Source: Candidatus Harrisonbacteria bacterium
GTDB lineage: Bacteria; Patescibacteriota; Minisyncoccia; UBA6257; UBA11618
DNA: 64,000 nt
NCBI GenBank assembly: GCA_016867415.1
Contig: VGJO01000002.1
Span: forward strand, 118,472-182,471
Direction of reading: 5' to 3'
The position numbers and the translations under genes were made by a program. Positions 20,747-29,933 of this stretch are shown here, piece by piece. Position 1 is the first letter of the stretch. Every line of letters begins with the position of its first letter. The notes beneath the pieces are model-generated. The model searched no databases. It was given only the letters and a program-made list of their open reading frames with translations, and had not been told where the DNA came from.

Positions 20747-22495
20747 ATGCCTTCCAAAAAGACCGCCATTTCTTCCCTCGATGCCATCCGCCATTCCCTC
20801 TCCCATGTCCTCGCAATCGCCGTATTAAAAAAATTCCCCGATGCTAAGCTCGCTATCGGCCCCACAATCGACGATGGCTTTTATTATGACTTCCTTCTCC
20901 CCTCCCCGCTCTCAATCGACGATCTCCCTGAACTCGAAGAATCTATGCGAGAGATCATCAAAGCTAATCTTCCCTTCTCCGGCGAAAAAGTAAGCGCGAA
21001 GATTGCCCGGGATTTTCTCCCCGACGCCCCCTTCAAACATGAATTAATTGATGAGCTCGAAAAAAAAGGCGAAGAAATCTCACTGTATAAGACTGGCGAC
21101 GCCTTCATCGATCTCTGTCGCGGTGGCCATGTGAATAATACGAGCGAAATCCCGCTCGACTCCTGGAAGCTTCACAAAGTCGCTGGTGCCTACTGGCGCG
21201 GCGACAATAAACGCGAGCAACTCACTCGCATCTATGGTCTCGCTTTCGAGTCAAAAACCGCCCTCGATGCTCACCTCACGCTCCTTGCTGAAGCCGAAAA
21301 ACGCGACCACAAGAAACTCGGTCCCGAGCTTGGCCTCTTTTTCTTTCACGACACTGCCCCGGGCATGGCCTACTGGCTCCCTAAGGGCATGATCGTCATG
21401 AATGAACTTGTTAATTTCTGGCGCAAAGAGCATGAAGCTCGTGGCTACAGTGAGATCAGTTCCCCACTCATCAACAAAAAAGCTCTCTGGGAGACCTCCG
21501 GCCACTGGGAACACTATAAGGATGATATGTTTATTTGCGACCACGGCGAAGATGAAGTCTATGGTGTCAAAGCCATGAACTGCCCCAATGCCATGATCGT
21601 CTTTGGCTCCACCACTCGCAGTTACCGCGATCTCCCTCTCCGCCTTTCCGATACCGATATGCTCCATCGTCATGAGCTTTCCGGCACCTTAAATGGCCTT
21701 CTCCGCGTACGGAGTTTCCGCCAAGATGATTCTCACAATTTCATCACCGAAGATATGGTAAAAAGCGAATACGAAGCCATCCTCGAGATCGCCGACCGCT
21801 TTTATTCCATTTTTGATTTGAAGTACCGTCTCCGCCTCAGTACCCGACCCGAGAAATTCCTAGGTGATAAAGAGACCTGGGACAGAGCCGAACGAGAACT
21901 AAAAGAAATCTTAGATACCCGCTGCGGTAAAGATGGTTACGAAATTGCCGAGGGCGATGGCGCCTTCTATGGACCAAAAATAGACATCGTGATGGAAGAT
22001 GCCCTAGGCCGAAAGTGGCAAATGGGCACCATCCAGCTCGACTTCCAGCAGCCCCGTCGCTTTAATCTCGAGTACACGGGTGCCGATGGCAAAAAACATA
22101 CTCCCATCGTCATTCACCGAGTCATCTATGGATCGCTCGAGCGCTTCATTGGAATCTTGATTGAACACACTGCCGGCCATTTCCCTCTCTGGCTCTCCCC
22201 GGTCCAAGTAAAGATAGTAAATGTCGGCCTCGACCATGAAGCGTTTGCTAGTAAACTCAAGGATGAATTAAAAATTGCCGGCATTCGCGCTGAGCTAGAT
22301 GCCAGTAACGAAACCCTCGGAAAAAAAATCCGCACCGCCCGCCTCGAAAAAGTCCCCTACCTCATCGTCGTTGGCGACAATGAAATCAGCTCCAAGAACT
22401 TCAATCTTGAAGCCCGCGAAAAAGAAAAGAATTATACGGGTGGAAAAGACGAGCTCATCTCCCACCTCCACTCCCTCATTAAAGCTAAAAAATAA
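20747..22495 (+). CDS. thrS: Threonine--tRNA ligase (no N-terminal TGS domain)
   Basis: RHSLSH, DLCRGGH, KRDHKKLG, KAMNCP, GAFYGPKID, IHRVIYGSLERF. Confidence 0.99.
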   Translation: MPSKKTAISSLDAIRHSLSHVLAIAVLKKFPDAKLAIGPTIDDGFYYDFLLPSPLSIDDLPELEESMREIIKANLPFSGEKVSAKIARDFLPDAPFKHELIDELEKKGEEISLYKTGDAFIDLCRGGHVNNTSEIPLDSWKLHKVAGAYWRGDNKREQLTRIYGLAFESKTALDAHLTLLAEAEKRDHKKLGPELGLFFFHDTAPGMAYWLPKGMIVMNELVNFWRKEHEARGYSEISSPLINKKALWETSGHWEHYKDDMFICDHGEDEVYGVKAMNCPNAMIVFGSTTRSYRDLPLRLSDTDMLHRHELSGTLNGLLRVRSFRQDDSHNFITEDMVKSEYEAILEIADRFYSIFDLKYRLRLSTRPEKFLGDKETWDRAERELKEILDTRCGKDGYEIAEGDGAFYGPKIDIVMEDALGRKWQMGTIQLDFQQPRRFNLEYTGADGKKHTPIVIHRVIYGSLERFIGILIEHTAGHFPLWLSPVQVKIVNVGLDHEAFASKLKDELKIAGIRAELDASNETLGKKIRTARLEKVPYLIVVGDNEISSKNFNLEAREKEKNYTGGKDELISHLHSLIKAKK

Positions 22496-22607
22496 TCCTC
22501 TTGCTTTACCTTTCTCCCTATGCTTTAATAAAAAGATATTTTTTAGAACCTTGTCAATTTAACCCCGAATCCATCATTGGATTCACTTCTAAGAAAGGAA
22601 AAGGAAT

Positions 22608-22904
22608 ATGTTGCAACGCGCCTATTCGACCCAAAGTAGGAGACTCCGGTCAAGTAAAGCGCGCAAACCAAAGTTTATTTTTGCTCTATTTCATCGAAGG
22701 ACCAAAAAAAAACCTTGGGAAAAAATCCCCAGGGAAGTGACTGCCAGTCATCTCCACGAGGCTATCGTCGCTTTTGTGGAAATTCCCGAAGGCAATCATT
22801 TGCGCAAACATCAGCCCGTGAGCCGCAACGAAAATGGCAAGATCACGAGCTTTCATCCAGAGACCACTCATCTCAAAGTGGATCTTGTTGAGAGTTATTC
22901 TTAA
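22608..22904 (+). CDS. Small hypothetical protein (paralog of next gene)
   Basis: AAGGA SD; shares F.F..-WE..P....A....[ED]A and KVD motifs with 22958-23278. Confidence 0.6.
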   Translation: MLQRAYSTQSRRLRSSKARKPKFIFALFHRRTKKKPWEKIPREVTASHLHEAIVAFVEIPEGNHLRKHQPVSRNENGKITSFHPETTHLKVDLVESYS

Positions 22905-22957
22905 CTCTCTTCAAATCTTTCCTGTATTTCCCTCTTCATCATTTCTACAAATAGGAT

Positions 22958-23278
22958 ATGAAGCCTATGTCTGCAAAAATCCGGTCACAAAAAAGTCTCC
23001 CGGTCTCAATCCTCTCCCATTTCTCCTTCTACATCTGGCAAGAAAAGAGTTGGGAAGAAACACCGATCAAGACTTACGCCTTGAGTAAAGGAGACGCCCT
23101 TCAAAAAATGAAGCGGCGCATCCCTGATAAATTTCAAAAAATCGCCTTCCATCCCTCAGGAAATGAAGAAAGCGTCTTCACCCGCCTCACAAATTCTTTC
23201 AAAGTCGATACATCAGGCCTCGGCACTCACAAAGATCCCATAAACGAATCTCTCCCTCAAAGAAAAGCCACAGCCTGA
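22958..23278 (+). CDS. Small hypothetical protein (paralog of previous gene)
   Basis: AGGA SD, shared motifs, terminator immediately downstream. Confidence 0.65.
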   Translation: MKPMSAKIRSQKSLPVSILSHFSFYIWQEKSWEETPIKTYALSKGDALQKMKRRIPDKFQKIAFHPSGNEESVFTRLTNSFKVDTSGLGTHKDPINESLPQRKATA

Positions 23279-23298
23279 CTTCTCCCCTCTTTCTCCCG

Positions 23299-23328
23299 CC
23301 CCGGACAATCGTGTCCGGGGATTTTTTT
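23299..23328 (+). terminator. Intrinsic terminator
   Basis: CCCCGGACA-ATCG-TGTCCGGGG then ATTTTTTT. Confidence 0.85.
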
Positions 23329-23407
23329 ATCTTGTCATTCCAGATTAAATCTAGAATCTATATAAATAAAAAGCTTGAGCGATAGCAAAAGCTCACCTAA
23401 GGTGTAA

Positions 23408-23695
23408 ACCTTCGTTTCATAAAAACGAAGAAATCAATCTTTGATTAAAAAAAGTCGGAGACTTTTTACTCCCTCCTCCACTACTCACGCCACCCAATCT
23501 CTCTACTACCAAAGAAACTTTTATCTTCTCCTAAAATGACCATCCACAGAAAAATGGCATGGTTTTTTTATGGTAATGCTTTTTCTTCTTCTGTCCTCAA
23601 CGGATTGCCATAAAAAAAATTTTCAAGGACAGAAGAAAAAGCCGCTGGGCTTTTTATGGGTCACGGAAGGAAAAGAGAAAGTTTCTAAAAAACAA
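23408..23695. repeat. Family-2 structured repeat downstream of gatB
   Basis: CTTCGTTT/AAACGAAG and AAAAGTC/GACTTTT hairpins, CCTCCAC linker, TGACC...GGTCA domain with two internal hairpins. Confidence 0.85.
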
Positions 23696-23701
23696 TAAGC
23701 T

Positions 23702-25117
23702 TTATCTCTTTAAGATATCCAGTAAAACAGACTTGATAATCTCTGGATTTCCTTGGCCTTTTAATTCCCTCATCACTTGTCCTAAGAAAAACTGGAGAAG
23801 ATTTTTATTTCCTGCCCTATATCTCATTACCACCTCTTCATTTTCAGAAACCACTTTCTCCACTACCTCCTGAATTCTCTTCTTATCCGAAATCTGTCCC
23901 AACCCCCTCTCTTCCACCAGTTTTTTTGGCGAAATTCCTTTCTCTTGCATCACTCCAATCAAATCCTTCGCTGTTCGGCTATTTATCTCTCCACTACTTA
24001 AAAGATAAATGAGCTCGGAAAGTGCCAAGGGCTTTATCCGTAGCCCCTCAAACTCCACTCCCTTTTCTTTCAAAAAACCAAAAATATCTGACGTTAAATA
24101 ATTATAGACTAGTCCCGCCTGACGCTTATCTTTAAGCTCCGATACCGCCTCCTCAAAATATTCCGCTATTTTTGGATCTTCTATCAAAATATCTGCCTGT
24201 TCTCTTGTAAGTTCATATTCCTTAGTCATCCGGACTCGCTTTTCCTCCGGAAGTTCTGGGATACTCCGCCGTATTTCTTCTATCTTAAATGCCTCTTTGG
24301 TAAACGGTGGCAAATCCGGCTCTGGAAAATAGCGGTAGTCATGCGCCTCTTCCTTGCTCCGCTGAGATACTGTTTTTTTCTCCACATCATCCCATCCGCG
24401 TGTTTCCTGCGTTACTTTCTCTCCATTCTTGATCAGCTCTTCCTGTCGCGCCGCTTCATAATCAATCGCGTCCGCGAGCGCCTTAAAGCTATTAATATTT
24501 TTTACCTCTACCTTCGTCCCCATGTTAAGCGACACGTTAGCCTCGAGCCGCATCTCTCCCCGCTCCATATTTCCGCCTGATACATTGAGGTACCGCAAAA
24601 TCCGCTGGAGCTCCTCGGCAAATTCTTTCGCCTGCTCCGCACTCCGGATGTCCGGCTCAGTCACAAGCTCCATGAGCGGCACCCCCGCCCGATTTAAGTC
24701 CACAAGACTCGCGTCTTTTGCGTGAGCAAGCCGCCCCGCATCCTCCTCCAAATGAATCCGAGTAATCCCTACCCCCAAGAGCTTTCCACCCGAAACAATT
24801 GGCTCATCATATTGCGAGATCTGATACCCCTTTGGCAGATCCGGATAAAAATAATTCTTCCTATCAAATTTCGCCCGACCGCTCGGAAATATCTCTCCGC
24901 CCAAAGCTAATCCCACCTTGATCACCGACTCAATTGCTTTTTTGTTTGCGACCGGCAGTGCCCCCGGATGCCCCGCGCAGATCGGGCAGACATGCTCATT
25001 CGGCCGGCCCTGATGCGGATCATTCAGACACTCGCAAAACATCTTCGTCTTCGTAAGTAGCTCCGCGTGAATCTCTAAGCCCACCGTCACCTGATATTTC
25101 TTCTCCCTACTTTCCAT
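23702..25117 (-). CDS. gatB: Asp/Glu-tRNA amidotransferase subunit B
   Basis: VGLEIHAEL, RKNYFYPDLPKGYQISQ, HLEEDAG, DYRYFPEPDLP. Confidence 0.99.
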   Translation of the reverse strand: MESREKKYQVTVGLEIHAELLTKTKMFCECLNDPHQGRPNEHVCPICAGHPGALPVANKKAIESVIKVGLALGGEIFPSGRAKFDRKNYFYPDLPKGYQISQYDEPIVSGGKLLGVGITRIHLEEDAGRLAHAKDASLVDLNRAGVPLMELVTEPDIRSAEQAKEFAEELQRILRYLNVSGGNMERGEMRLEANVSLNMGTKVEVKNINSFKALADAIDYEAARQEELIKNGEKVTQETRGWDDVEKKTVSQRSKEEAHDYRYFPEPDLPPFTKEAFKIEEIRRSIPELPEEKRVRMTKEYELTREQADILIEDPKIAEYFEEAVSELKDKRQAGLVYNYLTSDIFGFLKEKGVEFEGLRIKPLALSELIYLLSSGEINSRTAKDLIGVMQEKGISPKKLVEERGLGQISDKKRIQEVVEKVVSENEEVVMRYRAGNKNLLQFFLGQVMRELKGQGNPEIIKSVLLDILKR

Positions 25118-25310
25118 AACTATTGCTCCCGCATTCTCCCACATTTCCTCTCTTTTTTCCACATTGCTTCTCCATAACGTACTCGTGATGGAAGGATCCG
25201 AAATCCAGTACATATACTTTGTCACTATAAGCGGCATTATATAAATTCTCTCCGTTTTTTCGTTTTCTAATTTCCAAATACTAATTACTAAACACTCTTT
25301 TATCTTGAGC

Positions 25311-25607
25311 TTATCGAAAGATAAAAAAAGAACTCCTGCAAGAGCCCTTTTGTAATAGGAAAAGAGAATTTCCGACTCTGCCGCCGAAAGTGATCACCTT
25401 AATCCCAAAAGTGCCGGTGAGCATTCCTTTGATAATTTGCCCAATCGAAGTTGGGTAGCGAGGCATATCCACCATACACACCTCAATCCCTCCTCCTAAT
25501 TGACCCTTAAGCCAATGACAGAGAAGTGGGGATTGGGTCGCCTTACCAGCTCCATCCGGCCCCTCGATCGCCACCGACACATGCTCCGGCTTCAGAGAAA
25601 AACTCAT
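25311..25607 (-). pseudogene. Truncated thymidylate kinase-like fragment
   Basis: IEGPDGAGKATQ P-loop and PRY.T.IGQII, but only about 70 aa of homology; lacks the DRY motif and C-terminus. Confidence 0.7.
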
Positions 25608-25795
25608 AATTCCTTTCCCTTCTCTTTCTCTAAAAGTAAAAAGTTTTCAAACTCATTTTTTGTGAAAAATGAGAAACCGCCCCCACTCTACCAAACTCTC
25701 TCCCCTTCTGCAAATAAAAAACCGCGGAAACGGTTTTTTAGAAAAGAATAACACTACACAAAGAAAAGACGTGACTAACAGAATAGTTTCTGAGA

Positions 25796-25902
25796 TAAAA
25801 TTTCCAAGATCAAGGCGTAAGAAAATTTTTACGAGGGTAGCTGTACAAAGGAGTACTGCGACTGAGAAAAATTTTCTTGCAACGATGATATTGGGAATTT
25901 TA
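25796..25902. repeat. Long hairpin (family-1-like) whose stem includes the rplK stop codon
   Basis: TAAAATTTCCAA/TTGGGAATTTTA, GTAAGAAAATTTTT/AAAAATTTTCTTGC, GTAC-AAAGGA-GTAC apex. Confidence 0.7.
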
Positions 25903-26331
25903 GCCAGAAATCTCGATGCCCATATTCTTGGCCGTCCCCGCAATAATCTTAATCGCCGCCGCTTCATCATAGGCATTTAAGTCATTCTTCTTGCGCTCGG
26001 CAATTTCCTTCACCTGTGCCATCGTCACTTTTCCCACGATAGTCTTAGCCCCTGTCGCCGATCCCTTTTCAATCCCCGCCGCCTTCTTAAGCAAGACCGA
26101 GGCCGGAGGAGTACCGAGAGTGAAGCTAAAACTTCGATCTTCATAGACGGTAATGAGCGCTGGTACCATCTCGCCTGGCGTCATGTCCTTGGTCGCGTCA
26201 TTAAACTCCTTGCAAAAACCGGCAATGTTAATACCGTGCTGACCAAGCGCCGGACCAATAGGAGGCGCTGGATTTGCCTGCTTGGCCGGAGCCAAGAGCT
26301 TTAATGTAGTTTTAATAGGTTTTCCTGCCAT
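25900..26331 (-). CDS. rplK: 50S ribosomal protein L11
   Basis: [31 protein letters not shown]. Confidence 0.99.
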   Translation of the reverse strand: MAGKPIKTTLKLLAPAKQANPAPPIGPALGQHGINIAGFCKEFNDATKDMTPGEMVPALITVYEDRSFSFTLGTPPASVLLKKAAGIEKGSATGAKTIVGKVTMAQVKEIAERKKNDLNAYDEAAAIKIIAGTAKNMGIEISG

Positions 26332-26430
26332 ATCTCTAAAAAGTCCCTCTATAGTATCAAACTAATCTAAAAAACGCAAATAAATCTTATTCCAAAAATT
26401 TTGATTACTTTCGTACATCCAGCACAGATG

Positions 26431-26553
26431 TAAGTGAAGTAATTTTGGAGGATTTTTCGATTTTCTTTTCGAGCAGGCATCGGAGCATACTGCGGGAAGT
26501 ATGTGAGAAGCCAGCGCATAAAAAAAATCGAAAAAGACCCAAAAGTACAAGCG
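26431..26553. repeat. Family-1 repeat abutting the nusG stop
   Basis: GAAGTAATTTTGGAGGATTTTTCGATTTT...GGAGCATACT..AGTATGTGAG...AAAATCGAAAAAGACCCAAAAGTACAAGCG. Confidence 0.92.
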
Positions 26554-27135
26554 TTAAACCTTTTGGACTTGGAGGGAGTCCAGCTCTAAATCCGTTTCCC
26601 GTCCGAAAATCTGCACCGCCACCTTCACTCTTCCTCTCTCCTTATCCACTCCCATCACCTTGCCATCATAATCCTTAAAGGGACCATCAATAATCTTCAC
26701 TAAATCATTCTCATTAAGATCAATGGTAAATTCCTGATCTTCCCTTCCCATTCGCGCAAGCAGGGCATCTACCTCGTGCTTGGAAAGTGGTACAGGTCGA
26801 GTCGTCTCCGGTCCTACAAAGCGAGTCACTCTCGGCGTATTCCGTACCACGTACCAAGTATCTTCATTCATGATCATGTCCACCAAGACATATCCTGGAT
26901 AAATTTTCTCTTCAATCACTCGCCGCTTACCATTCTTCACTTTGATTTTTTTCTCCTTTGGCACTACTACGGAAAAAATCCGATCTTCCATGGAAAGAGA
27001 TCCTACCCGCTGATCAAGATAACGCTTCACCGCATCTTCATAGCCAGAGTAAGTATGCACTGCATACCAATGTCGCTCACCCGAAAGCTTCCCTCCCTCG
27101 ACTATATTTCCTCCCTTCTCTTTATTGTCTTCCAT
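26554..27135 (-). CDS. nusG: Transcription termination/antitermination factor NusG
   Basis: WYAVHTYSGYE, YPGYVLV, VRNTP.V..FVG, KOW motif GPF, IFGRET. Confidence 0.99.
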   Translation of the reverse strand: MEDNKEKGGNIVEGGKLSGERHWYAVHTYSGYEDAVKRYLDQRVGSLSMEDRIFSVVVPKEKKIKVKNGKRRVIEEKIYPGYVLVDMIMNEDTWYVVRNTPRVTRFVGPETTRPVPLSKHEVDALLARMGREDQEFTIDLNENDLVKIIDGPFKDYDGKVMGVDKERGRVKVAVQIFGRETDLELDSLQVQKV

Positions 27136-27144
27136 AATTCAAAT

Positions 27145-27336
27145 CTATAAGATATTAAATAAGTTCTGTAATCCGGAGAGAAATGCGAAATCAAAAACTC
27201 CCAAAAGTATCGCCATCACGAGCGAAAACCCAATCACAGTAATAGTCATTTGAATTGTCTCTTGTGCATCCGGCCACTGAATCCGAGAAAATTCCCCCAT
27301 TGATTCGGTCAAAAATCTTTGCAACTGCGCAAACAT
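27145..27336 (-). CDS. secE: Preprotein translocase subunit SecE
   Basis: E..RI.WP plus a single TM helix; upstream of nusG. Confidence 0.93.
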   Translation of the reverse strand: MFAQLQRFLTESMGEFSRIQWPDAQETIQMTITVIGFSLVMAILLGVFDFAFLSGLQNLFNIL

Positions 27337-27363
27337 GATAAATAAAATGTAATATAGGAATCG

Positions 27364-29292
27364 TTATATGTCAAGATTAGTCACCGAAATAGCGTGGGTC
27401 TGAATAAAATGTTTTCGAGGCTCCACCACACTTCCCATGAGGATATCAAAGAGTTTATTTGCCTCCTCCGCATCCTCCATCATCACCTGTTTCAATATTC
27501 GATTTCGTGGATCAAGAGTGGTTTCTCTAAGTTGATCCGGATTCATTTCTCCAAGACCCTTATAGCGTTGAATAGAAATTCCTCTTAGACCCCCTTCTGG
27601 GTCAATTCTTTTAAGCAAGGCTTCTTTCTCTGCGTCCGAATAGACATAATGAGTCTCCTTGCCTTTTTTAATGTTATACAAGGGCGGCTGAGCAATATAG
27701 ACATATCCGTTTCTTAGCACCTCTGGGAAATACCGATAAAAAAGTGTGAGAAGAAGAGTACGGATATGTGATCCATCTACATCCGCATCAGTCATGATTA
27801 CAACCTTATGATAGCGAAGCTTGGTAAGATCAAATTCCTCGGCAATTGCCGTCCCCAGTGCTACAACCAACGACCGGATCTCAGCGTTTGCAAGCATCTT
27901 ATCCACGCGTGCTTTTTCTACGTTTAAAATCTTACCTTTTAGCGGCAAGATTGCCTGCGTTCGACGATCCCGACCCATGCGTGATGATCCACCGGCCGAG
28001 TCTCCCTCTACGATAAAGAGCTCACTCTCCTCCGGCTTTCGGCTGGTGCAATCAGCTAATTTTCCCGGTAAAGACAAACCCTCTAAGACTCCTTTGCGCA
28101 AAATAGTCTCCTTGGCCGCTTTTGCCGCCTTGCGCGCCTTAGCCGCCAGCATACACTTCTCGATCATCCGCTTAGCATCTGCTCCATTCCGCTCCAAGAA
28201 ATCCTTAAGCGCCTCGGCCACTACCGACTCGACCGCCGTTCTCGCTTCTGTACTCCCCAGTTTTCCCTTGGTCTGACCCTCAAACTGCGGCTCCGGCATC
28301 TTGATAGAGACAATCGCTACCAATCCCTCTCTCACATCATCTCCGGTAAGATTATCCTTCGTATCCTTAATATACCCTCCTTGCTTACCGAAATCATTGA
28401 TCACTCGAGTGAGCGCCGAACGGAAACCAGTAAGGTGTGTCCCACCATCCATCGTATAAATATTATTTACAAAAGAAAGCTCCTTCGTCTCAAGTTCATT
28501 GGCATACACCATCGCCACTTCGACAAACATGCTTTGCCACGCCTTCTCTACATAAAACATTTCCTGTTGCAACGGAGCTTCTTCCTCGGAGATATGTCGA
28601 ATAAATGATTTAATTCCGTTTTCAAAATAAAATCCGTGATAATCTCCTTGAGGATTAGTCCGATAATCAATTACTTCAATCGTAATCCCTTTGGTAAGAT
28701 AGGCCTGCTGGCGCAAGTGATCCAAGATTTTTTTCAACGAAAATTCCGTCGTCTGAAAAATAGTGTCATCCGCCCAAAAAGCAATCTTTGTCCCCTGCTT
28801 TTCCGTCTTCCCCACTTTCTTTACCGCGCCCTGAGAATCTCCTCGCTTAAATTCTTGTCGATGAATATTCCCATCCCGATAGACCTCGGCTACCAATTTG
28901 TTTGACAAGGCATTCACGACCGACGCGCCCACGCCATGCAAGCCACCAGATACTTTATATCCCCCACCGCCAAACTTGCCTCCCGCATGAAGAATAGTAA
29001 GCACCGTCTCAAGTGTTGAAAGTCCCGTCTGTGGATGCTTCTCAACTGGGATTCCTCGCCCGTCATCCTCTACCGCCACTCCGCCATCAGCCAAAAGTTC
29101 CACCCGGACCTTCGTGGCATGTCCGGCCAAAGCTTCGTCAACCGAGTTGTCCACGATCTCCCAGATCATGTGGTGCAGTCCCTCCGGCCCCGTTGAGCCA
29201 ATATACATACCCGGCCGCTTCCGGACCGGCTCAAGACCCTCAAGTACTTGAATACTTTCCGCCGAATACTGCTCTTTCTTGTTCTCCGCCAT
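27364..29292 (-). CDS. gyrB: DNA gyrase subunit B
   Basis: LEGLEPVRKRPGMYIG, EIVDNS, LHAGGKF, VEGDSAGGS, PLKGK, MTDADVDG, RYKGLGEMN. Confidence 0.96.
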   Translation of the reverse strand: MAENKKEQYSAESIQVLEGLEPVRKRPGMYIGSTGPEGLHHMIWEIVDNSVDEALAGHATKVRVELLADGGVAVEDDGRGIPVEKHPQTGLSTLETVLTILHAGGKFGGGGYKVSGGLHGVGASVVNALSNKLVAEVYRDGNIHRQEFKRGDSQGAVKKVGKTEKQGTKIAFWADDTIFQTTEFSLKKILDHLRQQAYLTKGITIEVIDYRTNPQGDYHGFYFENGIKSFIRHISEEEAPLQQEMFYVEKAWQSMFVEVAMVYANELETKELSFVNNIYTMDGGTHLTGFRSALTRVINDFGKQGGYIKDTKDNLTGDDVREGLVAIVSIKMPEPQFEGQTKGKLGSTEARTAVESVVAEALKDFLERNGADAKRMIEKCMLAAKARKAAKAAKETILRKGVLEGLSLPGKLADCTSRKPEESELFIVEGDSAGGSSRMGRDRRTQAILPLKGKILNVEKARVDKMLANAEIRSLVVALGTAIAEEFDLTKLRYHKVVIMTDADVDGSHIRTLLLTLFYRYFPEVLRNGYVYIAQPPLYNIKKGKETHYVYSDAEKEALLKRIDPEGGLRGISIQRYKGLGEMNPDQLRETTLDPRNRILKQVMMEDAEEANKLFDILMGSVVEPRKHFIQTHAISVTNLDI

Positions 29293-29379
29293 AGATATAA
29301 ATAAGTAACTTAATTATAGCAAAAAAAAGAAGGCTCCACCACCCCCTTTTATTCTCTAAAAAACACTCATTCTAACCAG

Positions 29380-29525
29380 CGTAAGTAAAGTATTTTTGCT
29401 TTGTCCGCCGTAGCCTCTGGCGAAGGAGGAGAATTTTTCGATTTTCTTTCAAAAAAGCCAGGGTAAAGCGGAGAGAACGTGATAGTTTGTACTCAAACTA
29501 TCACGTTCTACAAGCGCTTTTCCTT
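29380..29525. repeat. Family-1 repeat disrupted by nested palindromes
   Basis: GTAAGTAAAGTATTTTTG start, nested TCCGCCGTAGCCTCTGGCGAAGGAGGA, TTTTTCGATTTTC, perfect 16-bp hairpin 29474-29509, TACAAGCG end. Confidence 0.7.
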
Positions 29526-29873
29526 TTACATTTGGCAAGCCAAAAAAGCGCACTGTCTATCACTCGTCACGCCTTTAATCTTATTCCCCCCATTATCAAA
29601 ACACCCAAGGTCCGGCTCCACTCCCGTCGCTACATTTTTATTTCCCCAACCAAACGCTCGAGTCGGATTATTATCACACTCTCGCACAATAAGCGTCTTC
29701 TGATCCAATCCTTCTGAAGCCTGTACTCGCTTCTCCTCCGAATCACTGAAATACACCTGAGTATAAATAATATAAAGACCTACCGCCACCAAAAACAAAA
29801 ACCAAAAATCTCTCCGGTGGGAAGAAAAAAACGACCCTTTATTACCCTTATCGCTTCCTTTTTTCTTTTTCAT
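29526..29873 (-). CDS. Small membrane-anchored hypothetical protein with Cys-containing extracellular part
   Basis: Basic N-terminus, TM helix, 4 Cys; TATACT 6 nt upstream of the ATG. Confidence 0.65.
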   Translation of the reverse strand: MKKKKGSDKGNKGSFFSSHRRDFWFLFLVAVGLYIIYTQVYFSDSEEKRVQASEGLDQKTLIVRECDNNPTRAFGWGNKNVATGVEPDLGCFDNGGNKIKGVTSDRQCAFLACQM

Positions 29874-29933
29874 ATCCTAAGTATAAAACAAAGAGAAAAG
29901 AAAAACTGGGGATAAGTACTTCTATATAAAAAT

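Noticed and set aside
29479-29703. FSFYIWQ heptapeptide shared with ORF 22958-23278
   Set aside because: It lies antisense to a better ORF and inside repeat DNA. A 7-aa match is expected by chance in six-frame translations.
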